Numbered from the stretch's first letter, positions 1 through 9,355 are shown. The stretch is 64,000 bases of DNA from a virus (IMGVR_UViG_3300021959_010405:32001-96000), one strand, 5' to 3'. Program-made: numbers and translations. Notes: generated from the sequence alone by a model not told the origin.

Positions 1-280
1 CTATATTATTATAACTAAGTTCCCTTTGTAAAATCTCTTTATATGAAATTAGTAGAATAAGTATTATATCATTCGATGACGAGTTAGGTTTAATACTATC
101 ACGATATAATTTTCCTAATCTGTATGCAGCTTTAATTTCTTCTGGTTGATCCTTTACAAACGACTCGAGTATTACTGCAATATCCTCTATATTACCTGTT
201 GGCTTTTTACTAATCATAATATTTGATGGTTCTCTATCTTTAGCGTTTTTGTAAATAGAATTTTCTGTAATATCATTCAT
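1..280 (-). CDS. hypothetical protein, partial (runs off left edge)
   Basis: Manual translation from ATG at 280 (MNDITENSIYKNAKDREPSN...) stays open to position 1; start overlaps the stop region of the 273..713 ORF. Not in the ORF track. Confidence 0.55.
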   Translation of the reverse strand, partial: MNDITENSIYKNAKDREPSNIMISKKPTGNIEDIAVILESFVKDQPEEIKAAYRLGKLYRDSIKPNSSSNDIILILLISYKEILQRELSYNNI

Positions 281-713
281 CCTTTTTCGGCAGATTTGGT
301 GTGGTTATAGAATTATAGATTGCATCAATATTGCGATTAGATTGCTCTAAATCTACCGGTAGAGTTGCCATCACTGTCTCAGCATTAATTTGAACATTAA
401 CTCTTTTATCACACCCATCGCATATATACGAGTTATTGCTATTGAGTGTTACTGGTATAAACTGGTCTACTGCTTTATGACATGGACAAACTACAGATAA
501 TCCCTGCTTTTCCATAGACTTGATACGATCTACCTCAATTTTGCGGAGATTTATATCTCTAAGACTATTTAACGCAGCAAATATTATTATTTGAGCGCCG
601 GTTGCCATAACAAACACTTGCCAAAAACCATATTGAAGTAGCGACGCTGCAATCGCAGTGCTAATTAGCAAGGTCAATATTAATGATCTTAAAATACTTA
701 TAAAAGGTCCCAT
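273..713 (-). CDS. hypothetical membrane protein
   Basis: Two N-terminal hydrophobic segments, then CPC and CDGC motifs; sigma70-like promoter at 721..748. Confidence 0.6.
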   Translation of the reverse strand: MGPFISILRSLILTLLISTAIAASLLQYGFWQVFVMATGAQIIIFAALNSLRDINLRKIEVDRIKSMEKQGLSVVCPCHKAVDQFIPVTLNSNNSYICDGCDKRVNVQINAETVMATLPVDLEQSNRNIDAIYNSITTPNLPKKDE

Positions 714-720
714 ATAATAT

Positions 721-748
721 ATGGTATAGTATAATTCTACTTATTCAA
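721..748 (-). promoter_or_regulatory. sigma70-like promoter TTGAAT-N16-TACCAT
   Basis: -35 at 743..748, -10 at 721..726, 7 nt before ATG 713. Confidence 0.45.
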
Positions 749-1102
749 CTGTAAATTATCTATTTCCGCTGTTGCATTTGCTACTATAGCATTGGCTTCA
801 TCTAAGCTATTATTTATAGCTTCTATAGTCTTTAATTTGCTACCGTTTATAGAAGGATTATTAGTTACTTGTTTAAAAATCTTTTTAATTGAAAGAATTG
901 ATACAAATACGTCACCTAACCTATCAACAATATTTGATAATTCATAAGGTAGCGCTTGCTGCCCAATATTATTTGTATCTTGCTGCTGCTTCTCTCTATC
1001 AAAAACGTCGCCGACAGGCATTCTCACCTTAGCATCATCTGAAACACCGCTACCTACACCACTACCTGATTGGGAACGCTCTTGATTAGACATTGTATCC
1101 AT
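737..1102 (-). CDS. hypothetical protein (start revised to 1102, MDTMSNQ...)
   Basis: TAAATA lies 5 nt upstream of ATG 1102; the longer 1186 start would overlap the divergent 1157 gene. Confidence 0.6.
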   Translation of the reverse strand: MDTMSNQERSQSGSGVGSGVSDDAKVRMPVGDVFDREKQQQDTNNIGQQALPYELSNIVDRLGDVFVSILSIKKIFKQVTNNPSINGSKLKTIEAINNSLDEANAIVANATAEIDNLQLNK

Positions 1103-1107
1103 AATAT

Positions 1108-1113
1108 TATTTA
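1108..1113 (-). promoter_or_regulatory. gp55-type late promoter TAAATA
   Basis: 5 nt upstream of ATG 1102. Confidence 0.6.
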
Positions 1114-1145
1114 ATATAAATGCAAGAGAAATACTAAATAATGCA

Positions 1146-1151
1146 TAAATA
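1146..1151 (+). promoter_or_regulatory. gp55-type late promoter TAAATA
   Basis: 5 nt upstream of ATG 1157. Confidence 0.65.
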
Positions 1152-1156
1152 TTATT

Positions 1157-1600
1157 ATGAATTTTTACAGTAAGGCATTTAATCAACTTTTAGAACAGGA
1201 CGAAAATATGGATATGGCTGTCGATCCGGGAGCTGAAGCCAGTGCTGCTCAAGAAACATTAGAGCCAGGAACTGAAATGGGCGATTTGGGAGCTAGTGGC
1301 GATGCTGCTACATCTGGCGCTGAAGTAGCAGACGCCATGGCCAGAAACAGCGAAGCGATGAAAACAACTCTCACAACTTGGATCGAAACAATGGATGAAT
1401 TTGTTGAGTTTTTAAACGGTCTTGAGGAAGGGTCAGTTCAATCTCAACTCAAAAATGCGGTACCTGACACGATAATGGATAAAATTAGAGGGTCAGAAAT
1501 GAAAAAGATATCCCGAGTATCAATGGAAGTCGCCGGTCTCAAAGAAATTCTTCGCGGCTATCTCGCAAGCTCTGACGATGCTAAATACAAATACGTATAA
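1157..1600 (+). CDS. acidic hypothetical protein, candidate head-internal protein
   Basis: Late promoter; N-terminal leader ending LLE. Confidence 0.65.
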   Translation: MNFYSKAFNQLLEQDENMDMAVDPGAEASAAQETLEPGTEMGDLGASGDAATSGAEVADAMARNSEAMKTTLTTWIETMDEFVEFLNGLEEGSVQSQLKNAVPDTIMDKIRGSEMKKISRVSMEVAGLKEILRGYLASSDDAKYKYV

Positions 1601-1622
1601 TTATTCTATTATTTTTATATAA

Positions 1623-1922
1623 ATGGAAAATAACGATACTTTTGTATTTGAATTCGATCGAATTGTTGAGCAAATCCTCAACGAAAAGATTGATAAAGAT
1701 CGAATGAAATGTAACTCACCGAGACGCACATCCGGCGGGTCTAAAAAGTTCGTTGTTAAAGCTTGTAAGGACGGTAAAGAGAAGATTGTTCGTTTCGGTG
1801 ATCCGAACATGAAAATTAAAAAGAGTAACCCAAAGAGACGTAAATCTTTCCGTGCTCGACACAAATGCGATCAGAAAAAAGATAAATTCTCGGCTGGCTA
1901 CTGGAGTTGTAAAAAGTGGTAA
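1623..1922 (+). CDS. small basic phage protein (DUF6321-like)
   Basis: VRFGDPNMKIKK...RRKSFRARHKC...YWSCKKW resembles a motif common in aquatic phages; family name from recall. Confidence 0.65.
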   Translation: MENNDTFVFEFDRIVEQILNEKIDKDRMKCNSPRRTSGGSKKFVVKACKDGKEKIVRFGDPNMKIKKSNPKRRKSFRARHKCDQKKDKFSAGYWSCKKW

Positions 1923-1931
1923 TAATTTAAT

Positions 1932-2954
1932 ATGAATACGAGAAGAAGGCGTAAGAATTTAAATGAAGCTAAAAAAGGTGCTCGTAATTTACCACCTGGA
2001 GCTCCAGGTGGTGTTAGGTCCTCCGGATTTATTGATCCTAGCAATGTAGATGATAGACCTAAGGCAAGCAATCTTCCTAGCGATAAGGGGATAATGGATC
2101 AAAAAAAGTTATATAATCTTTTTAATACTGGTCTAAAAATTATATTCAGACAAGGAAAAGGAGATGAATTAGAAAACTTTATTGAGGATGGTTTGAAAAG
2201 CTATAATAGACTCAAAAGTGCAGCAAGAATATTATCTGATCCTAAACGCTATAGAGATTATAGTCCCGAGTTGTATAGACAAGATGCTAAGCAGAGTAAA
2301 TCAGAAATATTAGACCTTTACGACGATGCAGAAGATTATCTCTCACGCCTTGTTGCTCAGACTGTCGGGCGCGCGTATATAAAAGCAAGTAGCGAAGATA
2401 AACAAAAAATTGCTACAATGAAAGATTTAAGCGAGCTCCCGACTGATCTTGACTCAATATCTGTAGATGAAGCTGAGCTTATATCTGCAATATTTTTTAA
2501 AGGCAGTGAAAGGGCCTCCAAGGATGAGGCAATTGAAAAAGTTAACGCAATTGTAAACTCCTTTATTAAACTCGATAAAGAAGTTATGGCAGATGAGGAT
2601 ACTGTTCATAATATGCTAACGCGTTTGCAGACAGCAGCTAAAACTGCTAAAGTAGAAAAAGATCAAATTAATATGCCTAAAAAGAGGCAGCCAATAGCTG
2701 AGCCTACTGCGGGCTACTCAAATGTTGATTTAGCGATCAAGCGTAAGATTACTAAAGCGTTTGGAAGCGGGGATCTAGATGAAGTTAAGGCTCAACTAGA
2801 TGCGTCAGGCAGAAAGGATCTAGTTAAAGCTGTTGGAGATAAATCCGAGGCTCAAATATTAAAAGCATATGTTACAGGGAAGCCGATTGAAGAAGGATTT
2901 GTATCTATGTATGATCTAGTTGTAGAAGATCTACTTCATCGATATAGCCTCTAA
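1932..2954 (+). CDS. hypothetical protein, possibly virion-associated
   Basis: 340-aa ORF with a basic leader ending LNE; no family recognised. Confidence 0.7.
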   Translation: MNTRRRRKNLNEAKKGARNLPPGAPGGVRSSGFIDPSNVDDRPKASNLPSDKGIMDQKKLYNLFNTGLKIIFRQGKGDELENFIEDGLKSYNRLKSAARILSDPKRYRDYSPELYRQDAKQSKSEILDLYDDAEDYLSRLVAQTVGRAYIKASSEDKQKIATMKDLSELPTDLDSISVDEAELISAIFFKGSERASKDEAIEKVNAIVNSFIKLDKEVMADEDTVHNMLTRLQTAAKTAKVEKDQINMPKKRQPIAEPTAGYSNVDLAIKRKITKAFGSGDLDEVKAQLDASGRKDLVKAVGDKSEAQILKAYVTGKPIEEGFVSMYDLVVEDLLHRYSL

Positions 2955-3965
2955 AGCTATTTTAGCACCCATTCCTTTATACGAGTTATCTGTAATGAAT
3001 TTTGCAGATAACTCGTTTAAGTTAAACTTAATAGCTAAATCATTAAAATCCTTATATTTACGACCTATATTTTCAGGCCATATAAATAGAGTCTCATTCT
3101 GATCTGCTAATATTTTACTTTTAGATAGACTAGCCGAATCTATCCATTGGGAGTCTAGAACCCATATTCTCCTAAAGAGCTTAAGGGCTGATAACTGTTC
3201 TTCTTGTTTACGAGTAAACGACTGGTGAGATTTTTCCTGTATACCAGCGACCGCGAGACCGTTATTAACAAAGAAGCTATTGATAGGGCCCTCAAAGATA
3301 AACACATCATCTAAAGATGCATCGATATTATCGAAACCATACAAACTTTTTGTACTATTTACTTTAGATATATATTTCGGCTTTGTATCGTTTGCAAAAA
3401 TAGATCTAGATTGATAAAAAACAATCTCGCCGTTAGAATCATAAAACGGTATAACAAGTCTGTCCTTATGAACATTATCATTTAAGGAAACATACAAGGC
3501 CTTGGGTCTATTAACAGCTGTATCAAGCTTTCTAGACTTAATTATATTAATAGCGCGCTTAACTGTATTATTATTTTTAAAGAACTCTACTTGTAACTCG
3601 TCGAGCAAATTTATACAATCCTTAGGTAGCGTGGAAGCCTCTTTCTTTTCAGGCTGATCCCTTCTTTCAATATATTCTTCAACATCTACATCAAAATCCT
3701 TAAGCTCATCAATAACATCGTTAAAAGATAAATTGCCGGCTTCTTTAACCCAATTTAACGGGCTAGAGGACCACCCGCAATTGTGGCAGTATATATTGTT
3801 GTTAGACGGTATATAGTAACATCTCTGCTTTCTCCCTATAGAGTTACCTTCTCTACATATAGGGCATCCGCATTGATAAGAATCATTAAACTTATTATGT
3901 TTAGATCCTACCCCGTACTGGAAGAACTTTAATACAATATATTCTCTAGGGAGCTCAAAGGGCAT
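2931..3965 (-). CDS. gp61: DNA primase (T4 gp61-like)
   Basis: Zn finger CPIC...CHNC, LVIPF, YQSR, TOPRIM FIFEGP, KDFND. Confidence 0.93.
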   Translation of the reverse strand: MPFELPREYIVLKFFQYGVGSKHNKFNDSYQCGCPICREGNSIGRKQRCYYIPSNNNIYCHNCGWSSSPLNWVKEAGNLSFNDVIDELKDFDVDVEEYIERRDQPEKKEASTLPKDCINLLDELQVEFFKNNNTVKRAINIIKSRKLDTAVNRPKALYVSLNDNVHKDRLVIPFYDSNGEIVFYQSRSIFANDTKPKYISKVNSTKSLYGFDNIDASLDDVFIFEGPINSFFVNNGLAVAGIQEKSHQSFTRKQEEQLSALKLFRRIWVLDSQWIDSASLSKSKILADQNETLFIWPENIGRKYKDFNDLAIKFNLNELSAKFITDNSYKGMGAKIALEAISMK

Positions 3966-3972
3966 CCCTTAT

Positions 3973-4000
3973 ATTATAAAGGAGATTAATAAAATCTCAA
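3973..4000 (-). promoter_or_regulatory. sigma70-like promoter TTGAGA-N16-TATAAT
   Basis: -35 at 3995..4000, -10 at 3973..3978; contains inverted repeat GAGATT-N5-AATCTC (3982..3998). Confidence 0.65.
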
Positions 4001-4049
4001 CAAAATATTATGATATTTGGGAGATCGTATCCCGTACTAGCAGCAAAAC

Positions 4050-4346
4050 TTAGTCGTCGTGGCTAGCTCTCCATATGAGATCTTCCCACTTATTAAGGAG
4101 TTCACCCATCACAACTTGAATCTCTTCAAAGTCGCCATCATAGTTAAGTCCTGGGCCACCGCGGGTTTTATTGATATGTTTATTTAAATTGGATCCCTTT
4201 CTTAATACATTTGAAAGAGCGTCCACCGCCCTAGTAACATCATCTACCGACATATTGTTTAAGGCTTCGGCAAGGATTTTAAGCTTATACTCTTTAGCGC
4301 TTATTTTTTTATAATTTTCAAAAATTATTTTTGATTCATTATTCAT
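4050..4346 (-). CDS. hypothetical protein with MNxxSxxIFENYK leader
   Basis: TAAATA-N5-ATG and shared leader cassette. Confidence 0.7.
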   Translation of the reverse strand: MNNESKIIFENYKKISAKEYKLKILAEALNNMSVDDVTRAVDALSNVLRKGSNLNKHINKTRGGPGLNYDGDFEEIQVVMGELLNKWEDLIWRASHDD

Positions 4347-4378
4347 AATATTATTTAGTTGTTTGGGCGTTTTTTTTT
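4308..4378 (-). repeat. promoter+leader cassette copy A
   Basis: 9 mismatches over 69 nt versus copy C (18892..18960); includes TAAATA at 4352..4357. Confidence 0.85.
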
Positions 4379-4393
4379 AAATAAAAATAGTAT

Positions 4394-4786
4394 TTAAGCA
4401 TCGGCCATGCCTTGGCCTGCCATATCCATCCAGAGATGGTAAGCAAAAGTACCCTCTTCGTGAGGGTTGTTACCTTCAAGACCACCAGGCTTTGGGAGAT
4501 GGTATCCCATACCAGCGTCATAACCAAGACCGTATGCGCCGATAAAATCTTTGTGGTCGCGAGCAATCTTGTCAAACATCGCAAACTGCTTAAGGTCAAG
4601 CGGTTTCATACTTTGGTCAAAATCCTCTTTAGTTGCACTGATCCTCTTTGAATTGTCGAGAAGTTCCTGCATACCTTCTTCGTCAGTAGGGACTTCAATC
4701 GTAGACTCGGTAATGCCTTCAATCTTAGTCTCTTTATTGTTTATTTTTTTGTAATTTTCGAAAATTAATTCTGAGTCTTTATTCAT
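4394..4786 (-). CDS. hypothetical protein with MNKDSELIFENYK leader
   Basis: TAAATA-N5-ATG and shared leader cassette. Confidence 0.7.
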   Translation of the reverse strand: MNKDSELIFENYKKINNKETKIEGITESTIEVPTDEEGMQELLDNSKRISATKEDFDQSMKPLDLKQFAMFDKIARDHKDFIGAYGLGYDAGMGYHLPKPGGLEGNNPHEEGTFAYHLWMDMAGQGMADA

Positions 4787-4816
4787 AACATTATTTAGAG
4801 ATTTAGGTGTTTTTTT
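4748..4816 (-). repeat. promoter+leader cassette copy B
   Basis: 7 mismatches over 69 nt versus copy C; includes TAAATA at 4792..4797. Confidence 0.9.
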
Positions 4817-4856
4817 AAAAAAATAGTAATAATGTTTAAATTAACGACCGTAGTAT

Positions 4857-5237
4857 TTAATATATTCCGATCTCCTTAAGACCTTCTTCAATTTTGCTCT
4901 TGATAAAACTCTCTCCAACACCAGGATTGCGGCGAGCGATATCCCGAGTCTCGCTTTCGACAAAGTGAACAATGGACTCAACCGGAGCGTCGCCAGATTC
5001 AACAATTTCTGCTAGACTCTCAACTACGGACTCGATCTCGTTTTTAAGATCTTCGTTCATATCATATTTTTCTCTAATTTCAACAATACCTTTGCGAATA
5101 AAAGCTCCGGACTGAGGATCGATCCAATGAGCTTCAACAACAACCTTATCAGGAAGGTCGTTTTCAACTAATCTAGGAGCGACTGGTTGACCGCTTATAG
5201 GGGAAGGTATATTTACAGGTCGTACAAACTGATTCAT
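4857..5237 (-). CDS. hypothetical protein (possibly two fused small genes)
   Basis: TAAATA (5243..5248)-N5-ATG; internal in-frame Met at 5060. Confidence 0.65.
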   Translation of the reverse strand: MNQFVRPVNIPSPISGQPVAPRLVENDLPDKVVVEAHWIDPQSGAFIRKGIVEIREKYDMNEDLKNEIESVVESLAEIVESGDAPVESIVHFVESETRDIARRNPGVGESFIKSKIEEGLKEIGIY

Positions 5238-5285
5238 ACACTTATTTATGTAAAACTATGCAAATAACTTACTAATTTGGAGAAG

Positions 5286-7058
5286 TTAACGCCGACGACG
5301 ACCACGCCTTCTAGTCTCGTCATCAATATTCGGGTCCGAATCATTTAGCTTCTTTGGGCTCTTACCAGGATTGCTCGAGTCAACCCCGTCGTAGTTGTTA
5401 CCATGACCGTTATTTTGTTTAAGAGCTGCATCTTCCTCGTCAGTCAAATTTCTAGAGCAATCAATCGAGCCGACGTCAGTCTCAACCTCCTCATAAAAAC
5501 TGACCAGAAATGCTAGATCTTGAAGATCGAACCCACTGCTACTTACATCCGTATGGGTCAACTCGACCAAGTAAATCACATCCCTCGAGCCGATCTTTAT
5601 CCTACCTTCCGAATCGAGAAATGGCAGAAGGAAGGACTCGATCGAGGGCTGCTGATACAGGGGCGTTGTTGTCGGAGGGACATCACCATTCCGAAGGGCC
5701 CTTACATTTTGTGAAACCGAGCGGGAGTCGAACGTTGAACTCCAATACCCGTCATGGCGTACGTAGCGTCCACTGAAATCGAGAGTGTCTCCGCTAGCCA
5801 ACTTTGTCGACCAAACAATCTTGTTTGGATTAATACGATCATTCGTATCAAAGAAAAAGCTTTTTGAGGAACCTCCATTCTGACTCACCCTTCCTTGCGT
5901 AGGTACCCATTCCCAGTGAACAACTTTATCACGCCAATTCTTCCAAACTCTCTTAACAGAGGCGCCAAGTACCCTAACATCAGCGAAGACGCAACGATCA
6001 GCTCGGACCGTTCCTGTATTTTCAATGGACACAATATCCGAAACAGCCTCAGGAACAGTAACATTCCACGATAGTGTTGGGTGAGTACCCGCTTGAACTT
6101 GAGTCGGGCTAGCAATCAATGTACCAACGGGGATGATCGGAGATTCTTCCTGTCCCAACATTAAAGCTGGTACTGCTGTCAGCATAATGAATATTAAGGC
6201 AAATAATTTACTAATAGTATTATTTAAAACGCTTTTCATAAAGAAAACGTCATGCCATTTACTTTCTTGCTTAAGAATACCGTTAAGATTAAATTTTTCG
6301 CAGATATTTTTAAACGTCTTGAAGTTAGGCTCAAATTCTGCATCAGGAATCTGACTATCATAAAACTTATACTCATCTACCCACATCTCATTGTGACTAT
6401 TATCTAGATCAATAAGCTCTCTATTTTTATCAACAATATCTTGTTGTTCTTGTGTCAGTATCTTTTCTCCTTTGATAATAGCAAGAGCTCTTTTATTACC
6501 AAACCCCTCTACGCCTTCAATATTGTCTGACTTATCACCAACAATACACTTATACTCACAAAATCTATTCGGATGCATGCCATATTTCTCATACATTGTG
6601 GGAATATCAAACAATATCTTTTTAATTGGTGAAAATACTTTAGTTTCTGCAGAAACTAATTGTAAAAGATCTGTATCCGCAGAAATAATGACATTCTCGC
6701 CTGGAAGCTTTTTTGATAGCCAGAAAATAATATCATCTGCTTCACCTCTCTTAGGATATACATTAATAATACCTAGTGACTCAAATAGATTCTCAATAAC
6801 ACTGGTAAGTTCATGGACCTGCGCATTATATTCATTATCTCTTGTTTCCTTATACACAGAATCACCTTCCTTTCTGAAAGCTACCTCTGAACTCTTACGC
6901 ATATCCCATGCGCAGTATATCTTTGTTGGTTCAAACTTTTCTACATAGGATTTAATAGATGTCAACACAATAGAGAGGTGATTTACACCACCCCTACTAT
7001 TTGATACCCAGTAGGCTCTATGTACAAGATTATTACCGTCAATTATTAGATTTTTCAT
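5286..7058 (-). CDS. rnh: T4-type RNase H (5'-3' exonuclease) fused in frame to a secreted-type protein domain
   Basis: Start revised to MKNLIIDGNN (7058). Exonuclease motifs IDGNN, EADD, SADTDLLQL, GDKSDNIEG run to ~6200; then a hydrophobic segment and a GC-rich unrelated domain. Confidence 0.85.
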   Translation of the reverse strand: MKNLIIDGNNLVHRAYWVSNSRGGVNHLSIVLTSIKSYVEKFEPTKIYCAWDMRKSSEVAFRKEGDSVYKETRDNEYNAQVHELTSVIENLFESLGIINVYPKRGEADDIIFWLSKKLPGENVIISADTDLLQLVSAETKVFSPIKKILFDIPTMYEKYGMHPNRFCEYKCIVGDKSDNIEGVEGFGNKRALAIIKGEKILTQEQQDIVDKNRELIDLDNSHNEMWVDEYKFYDSQIPDAEFEPNFKTFKNICEKFNLNGILKQESKWHDVFFMKSVLNNTISKLFALIFIMLTAVPALMLGQEESPIIPVGTLIASPTQVQAGTHPTLSWNVTVPEAVSDIVSIENTGTVRADRCVFADVRVLGASVKRVWKNWRDKVVHWEWVPTQGRVSQNGGSSKSFFFDTNDRINPNKIVWSTKLASGDTLDFSGRYVRHDGYWSSTFDSRSVSQNVRALRNGDVPPTTTPLYQQPSIESFLLPFLDSEGRIKIGSRDVIYLVELTHTDVSSSGFDLQDLAFLVSFYEEVETDVGSIDCSRNLTDEEDAALKQNNGHGNNYDGVDSSNPGKSPKKLNDSDPNIDDETRRRGRRRR

Positions 7059-7296
7059 TTTTGTCGTATTGTTTTTTTGATACTTTATAGACATATCTTG
7101 GAACTCTTTCAACCATATTAACGATGCCAGATTCTATACCATCGTCAAATGTTTTACAGTCGATTGTTCTATTTTCCATTAATGGTATCGATAAAAAATT
7201 ATATTGAGGTTCCTTTTTTTCTTTTCCACAATATATCCACATTTCACCAGCATAACTACCAGTTTCAATTGCGTATATTTCTCTTTCTTTTGGCAT
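7039..7296 (-). CDS. hypothetical protein
   Basis: 85-aa ORF tightly packed in the operon upstream of rnh. Confidence 0.6.
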   Translation of the reverse strand: MPKEREIYAIETGSYAGEMWIYCGKEKKEPQYNFLSIPLMENRTIDCKTFDDGIESGIVNMVERVPRYVYKVSKKQYDKNEKSNN

Positions 7297-7297
7297 T

Positions 7298-7717
7298 TTA
7301 CAATTCCGGAGGAAGCTGTCGTGAAAAATATTTAGTTACAAGTTTTTGTAAGGACATTCCCAGAGCATCTGTTTCCATAGCTGATTTAGCCTTTATAATT
7401 TCAACCGGATCTCCGTTAAAATCAAAACCTATAAGTATAAAAGATGAAATAAACTCTTCAACAGTCGAAGATAATGCAATCTTACAATTCCTAGTATATT
7501 TTTTTTCCTTGGATACGTTTTTCAATGCTTCTACTAGCATCTCTTGAAAGACCTCTTCATCAACCCCGTCAATATCTTCTGAATCTATATAAATTTCGTA
7601 TTCTTCCTCCGGAAAGCTTTCAGACTTTTTTTTATTATTAGATATATCAGGTTTTTTCTTGTTCTTACTACCTTTGGGTCGTCCTCTTTTACGTTTCTTG
7701 GGGTTCTGATCCTCCAT
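7298..7717 (-). CDS. hypothetical protein with AT-hook-like motif
   Basis: KRKRGRPKGSKNKK followed by an acidic tract; TATAAATA 6 nt upstream. Confidence 0.7.
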   Translation of the reverse strand: MEDQNPKKRKRGRPKGSKNKKKPDISNNKKKSESFPEEEYEIYIDSEDIDGVDEEVFQEMLVEALKNVSKEKKYTRNCKIALSSTVEEFISSFILIGFDFNGDPVEIIKAKSAMETDALGMSLQKLVTKYFSRQLPPEL

Positions 7718-8072
7718 TAGATATATTTATATCAGAACCCTTAAAAAATCGACTTTTATCAGACGCAGATTGCTTGACCCCCGATGTAATGAGTTTTTCA
7801 ACGATAATTTCTATTGATGATGTCTTTAGCATAGTGTTTTTTGCAAACAATTTGCCCCCATCGTCGAAATGAAATACTACCTCGCCTTTAACGAATGGGT
7901 CATTCATACAAGTAATAAATAAGCTCGTGTCTCCAGGATCGACCAATATAGTCCATCTCCTAGGATCGTCTTTTTTATAGTCTTGGAAGATTCTTAAAAC
8001 AATAAAGTCATTGTCTCTAAGACGCTTTATGAAATATCCGGGCGTATAAATTTTGTTTTTTGTATTTTTCAT
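7689..8072 (-). CDS. hypothetical protein
   Basis: 127-aa ORF; start overlaps the clamp gene stop. Confidence 0.7.
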   Translation of the reverse strand: MKNTKNKIYTPGYFIKRLRDNDFIVLRIFQDYKKDDPRRWTILVDPGDTSLFITCMNDPFVKGEVVFHFDDGGKLFAKNTMLKTSSIEIIVEKLITSGVKQSASDKSRFFKGSDINISNGGSEPQET

Positions 8073-8800
8073 GCTACTACTGAAGTTACAATGTATTGTA
8101 AGATAGATTGATTTGTTGTAATTTTAAATTGAACGATACCATATTCATTATTAATGCTGACGTCAGTATTTAAATTAAGAGCAGAAAAAGAACGCACAGC
8201 ATCTAACATTAGAGGTATAGGTTCAGTTATCGGAGGGCCGTTATAATTATCTACAACGCAGAAGGTAAACATATCGCTGTTATCAATAGTCCTATCAGTC
8301 AATTCAGCATATATACTGTTTTCTTGCGTATAAAGATATATTTTATTAACATCGCCTGCGATTGAGGAGCTTTTAACGAGCTGATTGATAACTTGACTCT
8401 CTATTAGAAAATTAACATCATACTCGAACTCGTTAATTTTATCTAAATTAAGCTTAGGGACCGTAAGAATGCCATCTTCAAACAAATGAAATCTAAATTT
8501 AATATTATTTGATTTATATTGTATATTGTTTGAATTAATTTTAAGACTAACTTCATTATCATCAATAATTTTTAGTGAACTAACTAATTTATCAATATTA
8601 GGCACATTAATTTGAAATTCCTCTTCAACGTTAGAGGCTAACATATATTTTGAATATAATACTGTCGTATTATCTATCGATGATACTAAGCAACTTATTT
8701 CATTTCCGGAAACTTTAAGTATTGCGGTTTCGGAAAATCGATTTATAGGCTTTAAGAAATTTTGTATAAAGCCATCCTTGTCTTGTAGATTTAAATCCAT
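8069..8800 (-). CDS. gp45: DNA polymerase sliding clamp (gp45/PCNA-like)
   Basis: 243 aa with a two-domain alpha/beta pattern typical of clamps, in replication-gene context. Confidence 0.72.
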   Translation of the reverse strand: MDLNLQDKDGFIQNFLKPINRFSETAILKVSGNEISCLVSSIDNTTVLYSKYMLASNVEEEFQINVPNIDKLVSSLKIIDDNEVSLKINSNNIQYKSNNIKFRFHLFEDGILTVPKLNLDKINEFEYDVNFLIESQVINQLVKSSSIAGDVNKIYLYTQENSIYAELTDRTIDNSDMFTFCVVDNYNGPPITEPIPLMLDAVRSFSALNLNTDVSINNEYGIVQFKITTNQSILQYIVTSVVA

Positions 8801-9355
8801 TTACTTTTTTTTAGCGACCTTTTTAGTAGAGGGTTTAGTAGCTTTTTTCGCGGTAGGTCTTTTGACTGCTTGGAGCTCTTCCACTATAGATAATACCTTA
8901 TTAAGTTTATTATTCAACAAGTTAATTTCGCCTAAAATAATATTTGTCTGACCATTAGGTTCAGTAAAATCAAACTCTAATTGATCTGGATCGATTTGAT
9001 TTGTTACCGGTTGTACATTATTAGCTGGTTGTACATTATTAGCTGGTTGTATAGGTGGTTCAGTAACATTGCTTACTCCCTCAACGGGTTCAATTCCTAA
9101 ACTCTCCAGGGGCGCGTCGTATGGTATCATCTGCGCCGCTACATCTACCCCTCCCGGTAGACCATGAGGGAGCGTCTGGGAGGGAGTAGACGATGCAAAT
9201 TTGGCATCGATTTCGGAAGCTACTTTAGTTATTAAAGTTTCATTATTTTGCTTTGATACTGGGACTACAGTTCCAGAATCAATTTCCTTAGATTTATTCA
9301 TTATAGATCCAAGGAAATTTGCAATTGCTGCCTTTTCGTTTTGCGAATTATCCAT
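8801..9355 (-). CDS. hypothetical protein (start revised to 9355, MDNSQNEK)
   Basis: ATG directly follows the gp32 stop; the track's 9523 start overlaps gp32. Pro/Gln-rich with a basic tail. Confidence 0.65.
   Translation of the reverse strand: MDNSQNEKAAIANFLGSIMNKSKEIDSGTVVPVSKQNNETLITKVASEIDAKFASSTPSQTLPHGLPGGVDVAAQMIPYDAPLESLGIEPVEGVSNVTEPPIQPANNVQPANNVQPVTNQIDPDQLEFDFTEPNGQTNIILGEINLLNNKLNKVLSIVEELQAVKRPTAKKATKPSTKKVAKKK
9009..9050. repeat. 18-bp coding tandem repeat (QPANNV x2 plus partial)
   Basis: ggttgtacattattagct twice, then ggttgt. Confidence 0.85.

Noticed and set aside
4351-4754. ORFs 4351..4599, 4412..4651 and 4551..4754
   Set aside because: They overlap the cassette-led 4394..4786 gene, which has the promoter and leader support.
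5510-6115. Extra ORFs 5510..5776, 5520..5714 and 5885..6115
   Set aside because: Antisense or alternate-frame shadows of the GC-rich domain with no motifs.
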